From a virus: a DNA stretch of 64,000 nt. Each line of letters begins with the position of its first letter. The stretch's first letter is position 1. Position numbers and translations under genes: made by a program. Below are positions 1-9,920 of the stretch, in pieces. Below the pieces are notes generated by a model. The model did not search any database. It was given only the letters and a program-made list of their open reading frames with translations, and had not been told where the DNA came from. The stretch lies in UHGV virus genome UHGV-0310767; one strand, 5' to 3'.

Positions 1-185
1 TTGAAAGTAGGATAAAGATATTCCTGTGTATCTTTTATTCCAAACGCTTGTAAATATTGTTCAAGCCACATACTTATTTCTATATTTGGAACTAGTTCTT
101 TTACTTCCATTATTTTCCTCGTTTATTATATAGAGAAAGGTACTCCATGACAGAGTACCTTTTACATAGGGTTACAAAGTGGTAA

Positions 186-965
186 TTACAGGTTAAAACC
201 GTCCGCACCAGTTGAGACAGTAACTTCTACCTCTCCCACATTTACATCGTCCATAACCTCTGTTAGCGTGTTAATTGAAAGTTCATACGCCACACGGGTT
301 TCAAAGTGGCGGTCATTGTTTACCTTCTTATCTTCATCAGGCTGGATAAAGATTTCTTTACGGTATTCCCGGCTCTGCATCCTTCCTTTAACTGCAATCT
401 TATCACTTACTTTCAGATAAGATGCATGGTCAGCTTCTTTGTTCCAGGCAATGCAAGGGATATAGTAAGAAGCGTTTAACTGTTTGTTGTTTACTGCCAA
501 AAGAATGTCAGTGATTCTGCTGGGCTTCTTGATTACATTTCCCTTTTCATCTGTTCTTCCAGGAGTTTTACGATAGTTTACTTCTTTGCAGATATAGCCT
601 TTTAAGCTGATTTCATTTACATGCTTTGTATCTTTAGCCATTAAAGTCATAGTTTTAACTTTGATAAAGATACGAAGCTTAACCCGGTCTGAAAGCTTTT
701 CATTGAAAGAAGATAATCTTCCTTTAATCTCCACCACTGCACCAACAGGTTTCTTAATTGTTCTTTTAAATTCTCTTACGACCTGTTTTGGAACCATGAT
801 AGGGAGAACATCTTCTACTCCACTATCCCTTCTTACGATGATAGAGGAACTATACATTTTTGTTCCTCTACAGATGTGATTGAAAGAGAAATCTTCTTTC
901 AGTTCGCCAATTAAATGAGCCGCATTGTTGGTAGGAATTGTGGAAGTGGTCTGATTTTTGTTCAT
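186..965 (-). CDS. SSB-like ssDNA-binding protein (two OB-fold-like halves)
   Basis: 259-aa ORF; OB-fold-like pattern (KVSDKIAVKGRMQSREY); AAGGAG RBS upstream of ATG at 965; AT-rich near-palindromic motif in leader. Confidence 0.4.
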   Translation of the reverse strand: MNKNQTTSTIPTNNAAHLIGELKEDFSFNHICRGTKMYSSSIIVRRDSGVEDVLPIMVPKQVVREFKRTIKKPVGAVVEIKGRLSSFNEKLSDRVKLRIFIKVKTMTLMAKDTKHVNEISLKGYICKEVNYRKTPGRTDEKGNVIKKPSRITDILLAVNNKQLNASYYIPCIAWNKEADHASYLKVSDKIAVKGRMQSREYRKEIFIQPDEDKKVNNDRHFETRVAYELSINTLTEVMDDVNVGEVEVTVSTGADGFNL

Positions 966-1035
966 GTTTAAATCTCCTTTAGTTTTATTTTTTAAAATTT
1001 ATTTTTAAAACGTATACCGTTTTAAAATCGTTATC

Positions 1036-1233
1036 TTATACTAATTTCTTTTCTTTCCAACTTACATATAAATCATAAGCCGTTACAGATTCATTAAGTT
1101 TTAAAGTGTATTTGCCAGTCTTATTCTGGATTTTACCTTCGTTATTATTAAAGACAATCCTTTCATTTTTGTAAAAAGGATATCCATAATAATTGAAAGC
1201 TTTCTTAACTACACAATCAATTTTATCAATCAT
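1036..1233 (-). CDS. hypothetical protein
   Basis: 65-aa ORF in operon with SprT-like gene. Confidence 0.3.
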   Translation of the reverse strand: MIDKIDCVVKKAFNYYGYPFYKNERIVFNNNEGKIQNKTGKYTLKLNESVTAYDLYVSWKEKKLV

Positions 1234-1918
1234 CTTCTTCTCCTTTACGGTCTTTTGGTTCCATAGTCAAATTACAATCTTTACATAATATATTTAATCC
1301 TAACGACCCTCTTACTGCTTCACCACAACCAGAACATGTATACTTAGTAGTTTTTTTGCTAGGGTCTTTTTCTGATGGAACCTTCACTGAAATTTTTCTA
1401 AAGAAACTAAAAAGTTCTTTTTTAACTTTTATATTTTCTACAAAGTCCATAAATTCTTCTGTAGGTTCGGTTAATGACCATCCAATAGTTGGTGCTCTAT
1501 CAATATATAACCCTCTTAATTCAGCTTCTCTTTTAAATCTTTTGTTATGATAAACATTCCCATTTGATGTATCTTTAATATCATTAATATGACAATAAAG
1601 ATGAATCATTTCATGTTGTAGTGTAGCACATAAATGGTAAATATTACGCTTTAAATGTTCTGCCGCAATATTTATTTCATGATATTTTATTATTTCTTTT
1701 TTATCTTTAGCTACTTCTACTTCCTTATCTGGAATAATTTCGTTTTCTTCCGCTTTATTTTTCCATCTGTCACTAGAAAAATGTCCATATGCTTTAACCG
1801 AAGATTGAATAGTAATTACAACTTTTGGTAATTTACCATCAAAATAATTTTCATTTAAAGCATCAAATATTCTATATAATTCATTGGTTGCGTTTAATAT
1901 AAATCCTGCATCTGACAT
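1226..1918 (-). CDS. SprT-like zinc metalloprotease domain protein
   Basis: 230-aa ORF with HEMIH (HExxH) motif in SprT-like context (LCATLQHEMIHLYCH) and C-terminal Cys cluster. Confidence 0.55.
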   Translation of the reverse strand: MSDAGFILNATNELYRIFDALNENYFDGKLPKVVITIQSSVKAYGHFSSDRWKNKAEENEIIPDKEVEVAKDKKEIIKYHEINIAAEHLKRNIYHLCATLQHEMIHLYCHINDIKDTSNGNVYHNKRFKREAELRGLYIDRAPTIGWSLTEPTEEFMDFVENIKVKKELFSFFRKISVKVPSEKDPSKKTTKYTCSGCGEAVRGSLGLNILCKDCNLTMEPKDRKGEEDD

Positions 1919-2025
1919 AGTATAGGCTTCCTTTCTTTTTCTATATTATATCATACTTATCTTTAGAAGTCAATACAAAATCCATGATTTCTTCAATTTT
2001 TACATTTGTATTTCTTGTTATTTTT

Positions 2026-2478
2026 TTATAAAGTCTTATTAATTCTTTTGTGTCTTTTACCAATTCTTCTTTTTCCTTTTTTTTCTGTTAATTCTCTTTG
2101 TTTTTTTCTTTTATTTTCATAGTAAGATTTTATTTTTGAATTATAATTAGAAATAGCTAATTTCATTGCATTTTCAGAAACTTTATCTTCTATAAAAAAT
2201 CTATCTTTAGGATAATAATTAGCTATACAGTTATTAACTTCAAAATCATAAAGAGAATTTAAAGTATAATATATTCCATATTTTTCTCTAATACATAATT
2301 GTTCTTTTGTTAATTCTGAATCCCCATTTCTTTTATAATAAATATAATGAGAATTGATATAAACAATAGGAAATTTTTCTAATGCAAAATATATACAATC
2401 TCCATGTTTATTAAGTGTTAATTTATAAATGCGTTTAAATTTACTTAAATCTTTTCTATTGGGTACAAATACTGCCAT
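2026..2478 (-). CDS. hypothetical protein, MAVF(V/I)P family (paralog of 4609..5091)
   Basis: 150 aa; N-terminal ~60 aa about 55 percent identical to the 4609..5091 product. Confidence 0.45.
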   Translation of the reverse strand: MAVFVPNRKDLSKFKRIYKLTLNKHGDCIYFALEKFPIVYINSHYIYYKRNGDSELTKEQLCIREKYGIYYTLNSLYDFEVNNCIANYYPKDRFFIEDKVSENAMKLAISNYNSKIKSYYENKRKKQRELTEKKGKRRIGKRHKRINKTL

Positions 2479-2652
2479 AATTTTTCTCCTTTACATAAAA
2501 CAAATAGTGGCTCTAGCAATTTTTAAACAAAGAATATGAAAAATTTCTTTTAACTCTTTTATGTTAAGAGTATTTAATTGCTGATGATTAGTAGGATAAA
2601 ATAATTCTAATTCTTTTATCTTTTTGATATATTCTTCTTTTGTCATTTTCTT

Positions 2653-2976
2653 TTATTCAACAATTTTATAATTGTTTTCAAACTCCTTTTTTCTTATCAT
2701 GTGTACGATTCCTTCTTCATCTTCTACTATATAGTCTCCTACATAAATAATTTCATTAATACGCATAAAACTATCTACATACTTGAAACTATTCTTTATC
2801 ATGAAAGTGTTACCAACAAAATATAACACTTTACGTTTAAAAGCATTTATAAAAAAATTAGGCCGTTTTACTTCTACTGGAATATACATTCCTGTATACT
2901 GAAACACTTTATCTTTTTTAATCTCTTTCATTTTCATCTTTTCCTTTCTTAAAAAATTTTTTATATAAATATACAA
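2653..2976 (-). CDS. hypothetical protein
   Basis: 107-aa ORF. Confidence 0.3.
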   Translation of the reverse strand: MYIYIKNFLRKEKMKMKEIKKDKVFQYTGMYIPVEVKRPNFFINAFKRKVLYFVGNTFMIKNSFKYVDSFMRINEIIYVGDYIVEDEEGIVHMIRKKEFENNYKIVE

Positions 2977-3199
2977 CTATATCACATATCTTGAATGTTA
3001 TTATACTTACTAATAACAATGGAGAAATAATAATAAGAGTTAAAGCTTCTGCTAAATATCTAGCCCTACTTACTCCTTCTCTTGTAAAAAATATTGGCAT
3101 TAAAGCATCAATAATTTTTATCTCTAATATATCTTTTAAATTAATTACTTCTTTCTTTATCCTTACAGTATCTTTTAAATTCTTCACTTTCTCTTTCAT
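2918..3199 (-). CDS. hypothetical small membrane protein
   Basis: 93-aa ORF with hydrophobic segment LTLIIISPLLLVSIITF. Confidence 0.3.
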   Translation of the reverse strand: MKEKVKNLKDTVRIKKEVINLKDILEIKIIDALMPIFFTREGVSRARYLAEALTLIIISPLLLVSIITFKICDIVVYLYKKFFKKGKDENERD

Positions 3200-4334
3200 C
3201 TATACACTCCTTGTTTTTATATAGTAAATTCCAAATTTCCTCACCCTTATCCGATGGAGAATCTTTATAATCAAGTAAGGGGAAATCATCGTCTGCATCG
3301 TATATTACATTTACTTCTGCAAATCCTTTAAATTTATCAGCTATAGCTAATACTTTCTTTTTCCATAAAATAAATTTTTCTGTAAGTTCTCCCTTTTCAT
3401 CATACATTTTTTCGTACTGTTTGTCAAGAGCAATATTTACTTTATTTATACCTAGTTTTAATAACATATCTCTACGTTTATTTTGTAGATTCATTCCAAA
3501 CATTCCGACAGTATTATTCAGAAATAATATATCATTCATCTGCATCACACTTTTAGGGGCTTCAAATAAAGTAACTTCTCCCGTATAGTCTATATTTGAT
3601 TTTGTTAAATTTAATCCATAAAGTACATTAGATGTATTAAAGCGAAATTCAGTTCCATGATTTCCCTTTTCATCAACTCCATTTACTAATTTCACAGGTA
3701 AATATTTATATCCTGCTTCAATTAATTCTGGAACTAAGTTTCTCCCATGTAATCCTATAAGATTTCCATTTTCATCAAATACAGGAATTACTATTTGTTG
3801 TGCATAAGGATAGAAACAAATCTCAAACATTTCCATAGTAGGAATACTAATTCCATCGTCTATAAATGATTGATGATATATTTTTGGGAAAAAATTTAAT
3901 ATACTTTTATCATAAGTTTGTATTAAAGATTCACCATTTTTAATTCTGATGTATCTTCCTAAATCTTCTTCCCAATCATATATTTTAGTAGTCTCTTTAT
4001 GGATGCGTTCAATATTATCATAAGGTATGTTACATACATCACATACAAATTTTAAAGCATCTGGAAAACTGCAAGTTTCTCCCAAAACTCTTTTACGCTT
4101 TTGTACTAAACTGTAAGGAGTATATGAAACACTACAATGATAACATAAAAAGAATTTTCTATCTTTATAGAAATAAAGTTTATTTTTTAATCCATCTGGA
4201 TTTTTTTCATGGCAAATATTGGAAAACAATATTTCTTTATCATTCTCATGGTCAATTGTAGCCCCTAATGCTAAAGCAATTTGTCTATAATTATCTATAG
4301 TTAATTGTTTAGTTAATTTTTTGGCATCAATCAT
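3141..4334 (-). CDS. DNA primase (DnaG-like; zinc-binding domain plus TOPRIM)
   Basis: 397 aa; CHEKNPD...CYHCSVS zinc-ribbon pattern like DnaG CHC2; TOPRIM-like EAPKSVMQ and DADDDF motifs. Confidence 0.65.
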   Translation of the reverse strand: MIDAKKLTKQLTIDNYRQIALALGATIDHENDKEILFSNICHEKNPDGLKNKLYFYKDRKFFLCYHCSVSYTPYSLVQKRKRVLGETCSFPDALKFVCDVCNIPYDNIERIHKETTKIYDWEEDLGRYIRIKNGESLIQTYDKSILNFFPKIYHQSFIDDGISIPTMEMFEICFYPYAQQIVIPVFDENGNLIGLHGRNLVPELIEAGYKYLPVKLVNGVDEKGNHGTEFRFNTSNVLYGLNLTKSNIDYTGEVTLFEAPKSVMQMNDILFLNNTVGMFGMNLQNKRRDMLLKLGINKVNIALDKQYEKMYDEKGELTEKFILWKKKVLAIADKFKGFAEVNVIYDADDDFPLLDYKDSPSDKGEEIWNLLYKNKECIDERESEEFKRYCKDKERSN

Positions 4335-4380
4335 TATTTTTCTCTTTTCATTGAAAAATTACTGTGTATATTATATATAA

Positions 4381-4410
4381 TAATATATCATATAAAATAC
4401 TTTTTGTCAA
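4381..4410 (-). promoter_or_regulatory. sigma-A type promoter for primase gene (TTGACA-N17-TATATT on minus strand)
   Basis: plus-strand tgtcaa at 4405-4410 and aatata at 4381-4386, 17-nt spacer. Confidence 0.45.
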
Positions 4411-4426
4411 TAGTTTTTATCTTTAT

Positions 4427-4447
4427 CCTTCAATTCGTAAAGTAAAA
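4427..4447 (+). repeat. conserved 21-nt motif CTTCAATTCGTAAAGTAAAAT, copy 1
   Basis: identical 20-21 nt also at 19048, 34674 and (inverted) 33348. Confidence 0.6.
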
Positions 4448-4479
4448 TAACTCCCTAGTTTAAATCTGGGGAGTTATTT
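4443..4479. terminator. intrinsic terminator hairpin (aaaataactccc / gggagttatttt), bidirectional
   Basis: 12-bp stem, 12-nt loop, flanked by A/T runs; downstream of 4609..5091. Confidence 0.45.
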
Positions 4480-4608
4480 TTATTCACAATATTATTTACA
4501 CAATGCTTAAACTACCTATTTTGAATAAATGAAAACTGCTATCAGGTTCCCGGTGTTAGCCCACCGGGACTTTTTATATCATGTCCACATATCCAGTCAA
4601 TAATCATA

Positions 4609-5091
4609 TTAATCAAAAAATTGCTTTCGATATTTATGTTTTTTCTTACTATTATTATAGCGTTTTATTAAATTTTGTACATCTTCTTCTCTTTTTTTCT
4701 TTTCTTTTTTTATTTCTTCTTTTTCTAAATATTGTTTTATATTTCGATTATACATAGAAATAATTTTTTTCATTATTTCTATAGACAATATATCATCTAC
4801 GAAATATTCACGTAAAGAATAGTCATTCATATTTAAACAATAAATATCAAAAAGGCGTTCTAAAGTACATTGTAATCCATAATTATTATCTACGGTATTA
4901 TATATAGTTTCCCTAATTAATTTCATATTTCCATTTTGTTTAAAATAAATAAAAGAAGAATTAAGGTAAATAATGGGAAATTTTTCTAATGTGAAAAATA
5001 CATTCCCTTTAGATTTTTCAAGAGTTAATCTATAAATATGTTTAAATTTAGACAACTCTACTTCTTTTTCTTTAGGTATAAATACCGCCAT
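4609..5091 (-). CDS. hypothetical protein, MAVF(V/I)P family (paralog of 2026..2478)
   Basis: 160 aa; shared N-terminus MAVFIPK...LSKFK.IY.LTLEK...LEKFPI.Y.NS. Confidence 0.45.
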   Translation of the reverse strand: MAVFIPKEKEVELSKFKHIYRLTLEKSKGNVFFTLEKFPIIYLNSSFIYFKQNGNMKLIRETIYNTVDNNYGLQCTLERLFDIYCLNMNDYSLREYFVDDILSIEIMKKIISMYNRNIKQYLEKEEIKKEKKKREEDVQNLIKRYNNSKKKHKYRKQFFD

Positions 5092-5102
5092 AATTTTTCT
5101 CC

Positions 5103-6200
5103 TTATTTTAATCTTATTAAAACAACACCTGAACCTCCTGTAGAAATATATCCTTGATAATTTCCACCAGCACCACCGCCCGTATTAGTTCCTCCGTTAC
5201 CAGCTTGCCAACTGCCATTAGAACCTCCACCGCCGCCCCCGGCACCGCCGCCACCAGGGCTTCCTCCACTTCTTCCAAAACCACCACCACCACCACCGCC
5301 TGAATATATAGTTCCATTAGATTCCCCAAACGCTCTTGTAGTAGAACCTTGACCTAGGCCACCACCACCAGAACCACCTTGTCTACCTGCTGAATTAAAT
5401 CTAGGGTTTCCATCTCCACCATTAGCACTACATAATGTACTACTTCCTTTTTTTACAGTGGTAGTTCCTCCTTTATTACCTCCATATCCACCTCCACCAA
5501 TAGTTATAGATAACACATCTTTTTCAGCTACAGTTATATTATTAACAGTTTTGGTATATCCTGCACCGCCACCACCATTAGCATAATAACTAGAATCCCC
5601 ATATTCACTACCACCACCTCCGCCAACACAGAAAACATCTATTTTAGAATATCCTGCTGGAATTGTGTAATTAGAAGTTGCTTTGATAGTAATTATCTGA
5701 GAACTACCTGTATTTACTGTAGCTTTTAATTGTGTTCCTAAGATTTCCCCATTGGATGTTACACAATAAGAGTAAACAATGAAGTAATACATAGTATCAA
5801 GAGAAGGAAGGGATAAAGCTGTTGTAGATATCCCTCCACTCTCTTGTGATGTTCCTACTCCCTTGTACCCTTCTATACCTGTATCTGGTGTAGGATAGGA
5901 ACCTGTTTGATATCGGATATATACTCCACTATAAGGTCTACCTAGTTCTTCAATAGGATTAGTCCATTGGACTGTAATATTTCTACCACTAGAAACAGAC
6001 AAAATTAAATTGCTTACATTTCCTGGCTCTAGGGTGCCTGTTAGTGAATTTTTGGGGTCTACAGTGTAAAACGTAGTACCTTTGGTTACATGGTTTTTTA
6101 CAGCATCACCTGTCAACTGTAAGGAACCAGTCTCTACATCGTCTGTACTGGCCCCTACGAATTTGTAACCATCCATAACAACGGATGAATCGGCTGTCAA
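5103..6200 (-). CDS. glycine-rich protein with FN3-like domain (fibre-like)
   Basis: 365 aa; ITVQWTNP...YIRY FN3-like segment then long GGGGxG tracts; C-terminus GGSGVVLIRLK. Confidence 0.5.
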   Translation of the reverse strand: MTADSSVVMDGYKFVGASTDDVETGSLQLTGDAVKNHVTKGTTFYTVDPKNSLTGTLEPGNVSNLILSVSSGRNITVQWTNPIEELGRPYSGVYIRYQTGSYPTPDTGIEGYKGVGTSQESGGISTTALSLPSLDTMYYFIVYSYCVTSNGEILGTQLKATVNTGSSQIITIKATSNYTIPAGYSKIDVFCVGGGGGSEYGDSSYYANGGGGAGYTKTVNNITVAEKDVLSITIGGGGYGGNKGGTTTVKKGSSTLCSANGGDGNPRFNSAGRQGGSGGGGLGQGSTTRAFGESNGTIYSGGGGGGGFGRSGGSPGGGGAGGGGGGSNGSWQAGNGGTNTGGGAGGNYQGYISTGGSGVVLIRLK

Positions 6201-6262
6201 GCTATCAGGTATGCCCCCCAGTTGGGAAGCGGTTTAGTATTGGCATCTTAATCTCCTTTATT

Positions 6263-6541
6263 TTATTTAAGTTTTGCTTCAATAAGTTTTGTTAATCTCT
6301 TGTGTTCTTCACGAATTACGTTAATAGCTTCACTTAATTCGTAAGTTTTTCTCTTAAGTTTACGTCTGGTCAATTCTTCTACAGCCGCATGAATAGCCGC
6401 AGGAAGTGTCCCATAATATCCCAAATCTTTCCATTTAGTATATTCTTTTTTTGACGTTTTGAGTTTTGCCCCTGTATCTTCTCTTAAAATATATTGACAT
6501 GGGTCTACGTCAATATATAAATTTTCATAAACATGAATCAT
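6263..6541 (-). CDS. hypothetical protein
   Basis: 92-aa ORF. Confidence 0.35.
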   Translation of the reverse strand: MIHVYENLYIDVDPCQYILREDTGAKLKTSKKEYTKWKDLGYYGTLPAAIHAAVEELTRRKLKRKTYELSEAINVIREEHKRLTKLIEAKLK

Positions 6542-6554
6542 CTTTTTTCTCCTT

Positions 6555-7046
6555 TTATTTAATTAACAGTGAAGTTGTTTTTCTTAAAGGCCCTACTCCT
6601 TTAATTGTTTTTACTTTAGCATCTGCTAATAATTTCTTTTTATCCAGTTTTAAAGAAGCAGGAATCTTTTCAAAATATTTCTTTGGTATAAGGGTTTCAT
6701 CAATTTCACCCAACTGGTCTGCCCCATTTTTTAATGTGATGGTATAAATATTTCCACCACATTTTTTAGTTCCAGTAACTTCCATAGCCCCCTTAAGAGC
6801 ATCTTTAAGCCGATTCATAGAATTTTCCACTGTTTTCATTCTGGCATCCAATCTGGCTTTTTCTTTCTTGATTGCTTCAATCTGAATTTCATATTCCTTA
6901 ATTACATAAACATAATTTTCAGCTTTTGAATCAAGTTCCCCTCCTATTCCTTCCAAAGTATCTTTTAATACTTCTGAATCAGGTTCTTCCTCCAACATAA
7001 TCATAAGTTTAAGCATATCCCCTGTAATTTCTCTTAAACTTCCCAT
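6555..7046 (-). CDS. hypothetical coiled-coil protein
   Basis: 163-aa ORF, K/E-rich helical. Confidence 0.4.
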   Translation of the reverse strand: MGSLREITGDMLKLMIMLEEEPDSEVLKDTLEGIGGELDSKAENYVYVIKEYEIQIEAIKKEKARLDARMKTVENSMNRLKDALKGAMEVTGTKKCGGNIYTITLKNGADQLGEIDETLIPKKYFEKIPASLKLDKKKLLADAKVKTIKGVGPLRKTTSLLIK

Positions 7047-7068
7047 CTTTTAACCTCCTTTTATTATA

Positions 7069-7305
7069 TTATTTTTTGTTGTATATCATTCCAAACAAGA
7101 ATACATATATTCTAAAAAATCTACCCACTTCCTGGTCACTTTCAACAAAATAATTATCACACAAATGCTTCCCATTTTCACAAGTTCCCAAAAATATTTT
7201 AATTCTGCCAACCAAAATGAGATAACTCCCTCTATTAAGTTTAATCGTTTCATCGTATTTTCTTATTGTTCCTTTCTTCATTTTATATACTTCAATTTTA
7301 TTCAT
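7069..7305 (-). CDS. hypothetical protein
   Basis: 78-aa ORF. Confidence 0.3.
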   Translation of the reverse strand: MNKIEVYKMKKGTIRKYDETIKLNRGSYLILVGRIKIFLGTCENGKHLCDNYFVESDQEVGRFFRIYVFLFGMIYNKK

Positions 7306-8818
7306 TATTTATTATTGTCCTTTCTACACTCAATGGAGAATTGAATTGATTGGTACAAAATATATCTTCTGTTCTACCCGTTCCTAAGTCTATATACTGC
7401 CATACTTTAACACCTTGACCATACATAGAAAATCTGGTTTTATAATTATGAGTAATATGGGTAGGCCGCTTACATGTACCAAATCCTTTACGATTTAATA
7501 ATGTATCTACTAATTCCATTTCTTTAGGTCTTAAAGGAAGGATAATCCCTCCATCATCTAATTTAGTTTTAATCTGTTTTGAACCAAAAATACAATTTTC
7601 GTCAATAATATCATTGACAGATTCTTTTCCGTTAAGCTGAGTACCACTATAAGTTCCTATATCATATTCTTCTGATAATGATTTAAGAACTTTTGCAATC
7701 TCAAACAATACCATATCTTGACGAATAGGTGTACTGACTCTTTGTTTGTATTCGCTACCAAATTCTGAGTTATCCCAAATATAATCAAAGAAACAATATT
7801 TTGCACCCCATAAAAAACATTGCCTATAAATATCCTTTAACTTTGGCGTGGTAAAATCTGGCTGGTTAAAAATTTCAATATGAGATTCATATAAAATTTT
7901 TCCTGCTTCCAGTAATCTTTCTTTTTCTATTTTATTATAATTTCCATTAAGTATCCTATGATAAGGAATACCACTAATCCAAGAAATAAATTTAGGCTGT
8001 ACCTCCGTTTTCTGTTGCATTTCTGTGTGAATCATAAAACCGTCACCATCACGATTAGGATTATCTACATATCTTTCTTCTTTGTAATCCCAATACTTAG
8101 TGGCGCATACGTTGCACAAATCTCCTATAGTTGTGGTTGTTTTGCCCCCTCCACTTCCACCAGACCTCAATAATAAATGTCCTTGTTGCCATCCTCGATA
8201 AAAAGTATTCATATAAGGAGATTGTAACATAGCACCCATAACAGGATTACTTTCAAATTCAAGTAATGTATTTTCCCAATCAGCACCAGCCCTCATAGTT
8301 TCTTTACATAATTCTGTATCGTACTTCATGTTAAGCTTATCAGTTTTCTCACTAATTTTAGTCAACATTTTCTTTATATCAAATAAATTAAGATTCTCTC
8401 TTTGACTTTCTTCTGTTTTATCTTCATCATAAAATGAAGTTATATCAATTCCTAAATCTTTGGCATCTCTCAATAAACTATATTTTCTTACAATATTGTA
8501 ATGCAATTCATAATTATCTGGATTTACCAATTGTTTTGCAGTTGATATAAAATCCAAATAATTATTATCCATACATACTTCTAATTGCGAAGGATAATTT
8601 TGTAAGAATTTATCCAATATTATTTCATCTATTTCTTCTGCGCCATTTTTAAACAACCATGCAATAGATTTAAATAATATTTCATGAAATAGAATAGGTT
8701 TAAAATCATCTGAACAAATAGGAAATTTTCTACTTGTGACCAAAGAAGGATTTTGAAACAATATTCCTAATACCATAGAACTGTCAGAAGCAGAATAAAG
8801 CATTATAAATCCTCCCAT
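7298..8818 (-). CDS. replicative DNA helicase, DnaB-like
   Basis: 506 aa; DnaB N-terminal domain pattern (VLGILFQNP...DFKPILFHEILF...EEIDEIIL); Walker A GGSGGGKTT; Walker B FFDYIWDN. Confidence 0.65.
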   Translation of the reverse strand: MGGFIMLYSASDSSMVLGILFQNPSLVTSRKFPICSDDFKPILFHEILFKSIAWLFKNGAEEIDEIILDKFLQNYPSQLEVCMDNNYLDFISTAKQLVNPDNYELHYNIVRKYSLLRDAKDLGIDITSFYDEDKTEESQRENLNLFDIKKMLTKISEKTDKLNMKYDTELCKETMRAGADWENTLLEFESNPVMGAMLQSPYMNTFYRGWQQGHLLLRSGGSGGGKTTTTIGDLCNVCATKYWDYKEERYVDNPNRDGDGFMIHTEMQQKTEVQPKFISWISGIPYHRILNGNYNKIEKERLLEAGKILYESHIEIFNQPDFTTPKLKDIYRQCFLWGAKYCFFDYIWDNSEFGSEYKQRVSTPIRQDMVLFEIAKVLKSLSEEYDIGTYSGTQLNGKESVNDIIDENCIFGSKQIKTKLDDGGIILPLRPKEMELVDTLLNRKGFGTCKRPTHITHNYKTRFSMYGQGVKVWQYIDLGTGRTEDIFCTNQFNSPLSVERTIINNE

Positions 8819-9465
8819 TTCTTTATTTCTTTTATTGGCTTCTTTTTTGTGATTTTTACTATTCTATCACCTTCTTCCATAGTATTTACCATTTTTTGGA
8901 TTTCTTGTTTTTCATAATAAAATTTCTTAGCTTCTTCATAATATCGAGGAAAGATTTGGCCTAAGCCATAATCTGGATTCCAAGAATTTTGTAAAGTTTC
9001 AAACCAATATTGAAGGGTTAAAACCATTCCTGTCCATTTAAAATTATACTTGTCATGGTACATTCCTGCCTGTCTTTGAATGGAAGGATAATCACATTGT
9101 TTTACAGTAATATCAAAGTAAACATAATCTAAAAATGTTTCTTCCCAATAAGCTTCACTGCCTTTATATTTACTTTCATATTCTTGTTCTGAACAATAAT
9201 AATATCTTTCTTTTACGGCAAAAGCTTTCTCTCTTGCAATTCTTTTACCGCAACAGCGGCAAGTTACTATGCCATCTGCCGCTGTGCTATTAATTTTTCT
9301 TCCTTTATTAGTTTGAAGTTCATTATTATAACAATCTTCATTGCAGTAATAACTTCTAGGTTTTGTAGGATGCGGAAAAGCCTGTATCTTATTTATTTTT
9401 TCTCCACAATACTTACATTTTACCTGTATCCCTTTTGATTGTTTAGGATTTAAATTATCTGCCAA
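8803..9465 (-). CDS. zinc-finger (FCS/MYM-like) protein
   Basis: 220 aa; two C-x2-C ... YYC(N/S)E(D/Q) modules. Confidence 0.4.
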   Translation of the reverse strand: MADNLNPKQSKGIQVKCKYCGEKINKIQAFPHPTKPRSYYCNEDCYNNELQTNKGRKINSTAADGIVTCRCCGKRIAREKAFAVKERYYYCSEQEYESKYKGSEAYWEETFLDYVYFDITVKQCDYPSIQRQAGMYHDKYNFKWTGMVLTLQYWFETLQNSWNPDYGLGQIFPRYYEEAKKFYYEKQEIQKMVNTMEEGDRIVKITKKKPIKEIKKWEDL

Positions 9466-9522
9466 CTTTCCACCTCCTTAATAATTATTATATCATTTCA
9501 TTTATCTTTTGTCAATATAAAG

Positions 9523-9806
9523 TTAATGGATTCTTATAAGAACTAAACCAGTTCCACCACTACCTCCCATTCCTTCGGCTCTACCACCACTGGATGAAGT
9601 ACGAGAGCCGCCACCGCCCCCACCTCCACCGCCGCCTGTGTTAGCCGCGCCAGCAGTTCCAGAAGAAGCCCCACTACCACTACTTCCTGTACCACCTCTA
9701 CCGCCACCGCCAGAGCCACCGGTTGACCAGTATAGCTTTTATATGACGGTGAACTTCCAGCATTGAAGTCAAATCCGATTATTGAAGGAACCCTCATGTT
9801 CCACAC
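9523..9806 (-). pseudogene. truncated glycine-rich paralog remnant (C-terminal fragment related to 5103..6200)
   Basis: frame ending at TAA 9523 encodes ...GGSGGGGRGG...GGGGGGGGGG...GGSGGTGLVLIRIH, cf. ...GGSGVVLIRLK of 5103..6200; in-frame stop at 9739; the ORF-track frame (valine-rich) is an artifact. Confidence 0.4.
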
Positions 9807-9920
9807 TACTTTACAGCAGTATTCTCCTTATACCAGGTACAGAGGGTGACTTAATCAGGAATTTTCAACTTCTGCCCAGCATAGATGATAGTACCCTTGA
9901 TGCCGTTCAGGTTGGCAATC

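Noticed and set aside
6555-7046. Possible Gp157-like (siphovirus Gp157 family) assignment for the 163-aa coiled-coil protein
   Set aside because: Only size and coiled-coil character match. No diagnostic motif could be verified by eye.
9543-9806. ORF-track 87-aa valine/leucine-rich ORF on the minus strand
   Set aside because: Wrong frame of a glycine-rich coding remnant. The biologically meaningful frame (ending at TAA 9523) encodes GGSGG... and parallels 5103..6200. The V/L-rich frame is just the antiparallel reading of GGN codons.
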